From the NCBI GenBank assembly GCA_030770535.1, contig JASVEC010000025.1:744001-798264 (forward strand): a stretch of 54,264 nucleotides of DNA, given 5' to 3'. The translations under genes were made by a program, and so were the position numbers. The notes under the pieces were generated by a model. That model saw only the letters and a list, made by a program, of their open reading frames with translations. It was not told the origin of the DNA and did not search any database. Origin of the DNA: Batkoa obscura (Eukaryota). Shown here piece by piece: positions 50,941 to 54,264 of the stretch (the stretch's first letter is position 1; every line of letters begins with the position of its first letter).

Positions 50941-51717
50941 CTACAAATATTGGTTGATGAAGTTTCTGAAAGCAGAGGTACGAGCCCAAACAGTTGGGAT
51001 ACCTCTATAAGCACAAGGTTGTCCGAAAGAAGTAGTACCAATTAGGATAGCTTGGCCTTCAGCGACAGTAAAGAGAGGGCCTCCAGAATCACCATTGCAA
51101 GCATCTCTACCACCCTCCCCAGCAGCACAAACTTGTAAGCCGGTGTTGATATTCAAACCTTGGTTGGCCCAAACTCGGGAACAACTATTTGGGTCGACAA
51201 GGGGAATAGAAACTTCTCTTAACAAAGCAGAGGGAGAGCCACCACCAGAAGTTAAACCCCAACCAGCAGCAATTACTCTAGAGCCAACTTGTTGACCATA
51301 AGTCCCATCGTCAATTTTAATGCTACCAATATCAACGCTAGCGGGGGTAGCCAATTTCCACACAGAGACATCATTAACAAAGTTGTTTGGATTATATTGT
51401 GGATGAACAATAACACGAGAAACACGAAGAGCTTGACCACCCTCAGCACCGGCTGATTGTTGAAGGTTATGACGATGTACATTTACAGTGGCAGATAGCG
51501 GGGAGTTTTGGGAACAATGGGCAGCGGTTAAAACAGTGGTTGGGTTAAGAATAATACCACCACAAAAGTGACGACCATTGGATTGCAAAGAAACTATCCA
51601 TGGGTATTTAAAAGATGGGCTAACCACTGTTCCTCCTACAATACGATCATTGTCTTGTGGGGCAGAGAATATAGTGCTAAAGAGAGCTCCTATAAGTAAA
51701 AATTGTTTGGTATACAT
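50941..51717 (-). CDS. Secreted trypsin (S1A serine protease)
   Basis: Signal peptide, short propeptide, R-IVGG, TAAHC, NDV, DACNGDSGGP (Asp in the specificity pocket). Confidence 0.96.
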   Translation of the reverse strand: MYTKQFLLIGALFSTIFSAPQDNDRIVGGTVVSPSFKYPWIVSLQSNGRHFCGGIILNPTTVLTAAHCSQNSPLSATVNVHRHNLQQSAGAEGGQALRVSRVIVHPQYNPNNFVNDVSVWKLATPASVDIGSIKIDDGTYGQQVGSRVIAAGWGLTSGGGSPSALLREVSIPLVDPNSCSRVWANQGLNINTGLQVCAAGEGGRDACNGDSGGPLFTVAEGQAILIGTTSFGQPCAYRGIPTVWARTSAFRNFINQYL

Positions 51718-52725
51718 GGTCCAAGGATTAAAGATAAGTTTGATGCTCTACCATTTTAAAATATTTTATCATATTTATACTACCTTTATAATACCGTATT
51801 ATTCAATTGAAACAAGATTAAGTTTGATAAATTCACGTTATATGTCATTATATTATTTATTATGGATAATATAGTAAGCTAATAATCATGTATAAGCACC
51901 ATTGTATTATAGAAAATAGACTGATCTTTGTCGAAGATATTCTTTTTTTCAAATAAAAATTTCAAGTTTACAATAATACTTATTTAGCAATTAACTTCCA
52001 AAATAAGAGTAGATTTTCATCAAGATTTTATTTAATTATACATATTAGCTTATACCCTTGGTGGCTTTTGTCTTAAAATAGATTATGATTAAAAAACAAG
52101 GAAAATCTAGGTTAATTTGTGCTAATAGTTCGCTAAATAATAATTTTCTACTTAAATACCTGTATTTCTGAGTCAAGGTTCACTTTCGACATTGGATTAT
52201 ACTAATATATATATGTAGCTTTTCGCTATTTTGTCAACCTGTCATGTGTAACCATTATTAATATGGCTTTCTGTTATGACTTGTGTAGGGTTCATAAAGT
52301 TTCAACTACAAGTGGGAAAATATTATATATAGCTTTTTAACATCAACCTAAAAATGAATTACTATTTTTATAAACAAGCTTTCAAAATATTAATACCGAA
52401 GTTACTATAGTTTAATCCCAAAAGCGTTGTTTGGCTACTCCCACTAGCATCTTATAGATTGATTTTTAAAAAGTGGAATTTCAAATCATACTCTAGATTG
52501 TTATTTGAAACTTACTTGGGAATTATAATTTCCCCACTGAGATATAAATAGGGCTAATTATGGATAACAAAAACGGCGCTTATTAGCTTTTTTAAGGGTA
52601 ATAGTTTAATACGGAATATCTAGTAAGGGCTGTAGGTTAAGAGCGTCAAGCCCTTAATAAACTAAGTCATATTGGTTAGTGTATAATAAATATAAAAACC
52701 TATTATCTTCTATATAAAGTAATAT

Positions 52726-52731
52726 GCGGCT

Positions 52732-52775
<44 letters not shown>

Positions 52776-52798
52776 GCGTTCAATCCGCGGTGGGCGCA
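52726..52798 (+). tRNA. tRNA-Phe(GAA), intronless
   Basis: 73-nt cloverleaf; D arm AGCTCAGTTGGGAGAGC, anticodon loop CTGAAGA, T loop TTCAATC; T5 run at 52812-52816. Confidence 0.95.
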
Positions 52799-53250
52799 TT
52801 TATCTGTACACTTTTTAAAAAACAACGTTTTTTTTGATTGATCTAAAGTACACATCAGTAAAAAATTTTAATGATTAAAATCTATAATAAACTTTAATAT
52901 TTGAATTATCTATCAAAATTACTTTTTATGATATTGCTTTCAGTATATGAAGACATCAAATATTATTCAATATAAAATATCTCCAGTAAGCGTTTTAGAT
53001 ATGTTCATGAAAAAATGTATCACATCATATAAATATCAGATATTTTAAACTAAATTTGATAAAATATTCTATAATTGATTTAATTCGTTATAAGTGCAAT
53101 CACCAAGGGATAAAATCTGATCATTCGTTCAAATGATTGGGTAAACGCGGCTGACAAACCATTGTCCAAAAATAGGATTTTTAATCCAACCATTCTGATT
53201 CTAGGTACATATTTTGAGAAAAAATAGCATCTTAAACGCAAACAAAAGGC

Positions 53251-54264
53251 ATGAAAGAAGTTGAAGGAATATTAGAGAAAGGATTGATAAGCAAAAGTCA
53301 AACAAAAAATAAGCCCAGCGAACTTAAAAAAAGAGTTAAAGAGCTTCATATACAGTTAAAAGATACTGAACAAGACTCAATTGATATAAAGAGCCTTGAT
53401 AAAATCAAAAGAGATCTATTAAATTCCTTAATTATTAGCAATAAGGATGGACTAATTAAAGCAGTATCAGCCTGTTGTTTAGCAGATATAATGAGATTAT
53501 CCGTTCCAGATGTACCATATACTCCATCTGAATGTGAAGTATCGTATTATTTCAATTCCAATTCTTAAGTTTAATCTATTTTAGATTATTTTTAGATTAT
53601 TTTTATCTCAACTGAAGTTGCTTAAATCTAAGGACGAGGAGCTCGAAGACTATCATACTTTTTTGCTAAACTCATTAAATACAGTCAAAAGTGCAAGGTT
53701 GATTGTGACTGTTGATAGCGAAGAATTATTTCTGGATTATTTTGAAGGTATTTCGCAGTTGATAAAGTAAACTTTTGGTTGTTTTTTAAATTAAAGCTAA
53801 TTTTTCAAAAGTGAGGTCAGTAAGGATTTCCAAGCAGGACTATTAGATGTGTTAGAACAAATTATTCATCAACTCTTTTTTGAAGATAAAGAAATCCCCA
53901 AATCTGTTTTGGAGCTTATCTTTAACAACATGGATGAAAAAAGACAAGTAATTTAAATGTTATAACAATTATTGAGTTTGAGTTATATTATAAATAGAAA
54001 GAGAATCCACAAGCCTATGCAATGACTAAGTCCCTTTGCAGAAATAATTCAGATAGTTTACAACCTTCAGTTGCAAAGGTAATCTCAAATAACAAAAGCG
54101 AACGTATTGTTTATTAAATTATTAGTATTTTTCGGAATTCGTTCTCCCCAGTAAGAAAAAAATGGAACCAAGTGAAGAAAAAGAGAACTTAAAATTAGTT
54201 GTAAAAGCTCATAAGCTTATCAAATTAATTAATTCTGCCGCCCCGACCCTTTTGTTAGCTGTTA
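53251..54264 (+). CDS. PDS5: Sister-chromatid cohesion protein PDS5, 5' part (multi-exon, runs off the window)
   Basis: LIISNKDGLIKAVSACCLADIMRLSVPDVPYT matches the Pds5 N-terminus; later exons give VKSARL and AHKLI..I. Confidence 0.85.

Noticed and set aside
50941..51717. Intronless, GC-richer trypsin as a horizontal transfer candidate
   Set aside because: AAC and Hsp110 show similarly elevated GC, consistent with codon bias of highly expressed genes, and trypsins are common in insect-associated fungi.

Overview
AT-rich eukaryotic DNA with short GT-AG introns, most likely from an early-diverging fungus (Conidiobolus/Entomophthoromycotina-like; inferred from composition and gene content). 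Genes, left to right: a secreted SUN-family glucosidase-like protein, a UBR1-type E3 ligase, sterol glucosyltransferase ATG26/UGT51, two secreted Cys-domain (CBM19-like) proteins flanking Hsp110/SSE1, a family III CoA-transferase, an Opy2-like membrane protein, a Sec7/PH protein, the ADP/ATP carrier and METTL16. An 870-bp telomeric array (ATAGGG block, then TTAGGG) follows in mid-window. After it come an apparently truncated SPO22/ZIP4-like gene, an F-box/LRR gene, an MFS transporter pseudogene, trypsin, tRNA-Phe and the start of PDS5. Three repeat families are visible: a ~95-bp MITE (12 copies, GGGG...CCCC ends, 4-bp ATAT-type TSD), a related ~3.7-kb element with ~230-bp TIRs, and 480-630-bp TGTGAAA...TTTCACA solo-LTR-like elements with 4-bp TSDs. 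The main points of interest are the internal telomere with its pure variant block, an isolated telomerase-template-like 11-mer, a MITE insertion that disrupts a gene, a UBR box lacking its key Asp, and a Sec7 domain lacking its catalytic Glu. All family assignments come from recognising motifs by eye; no searches were run.
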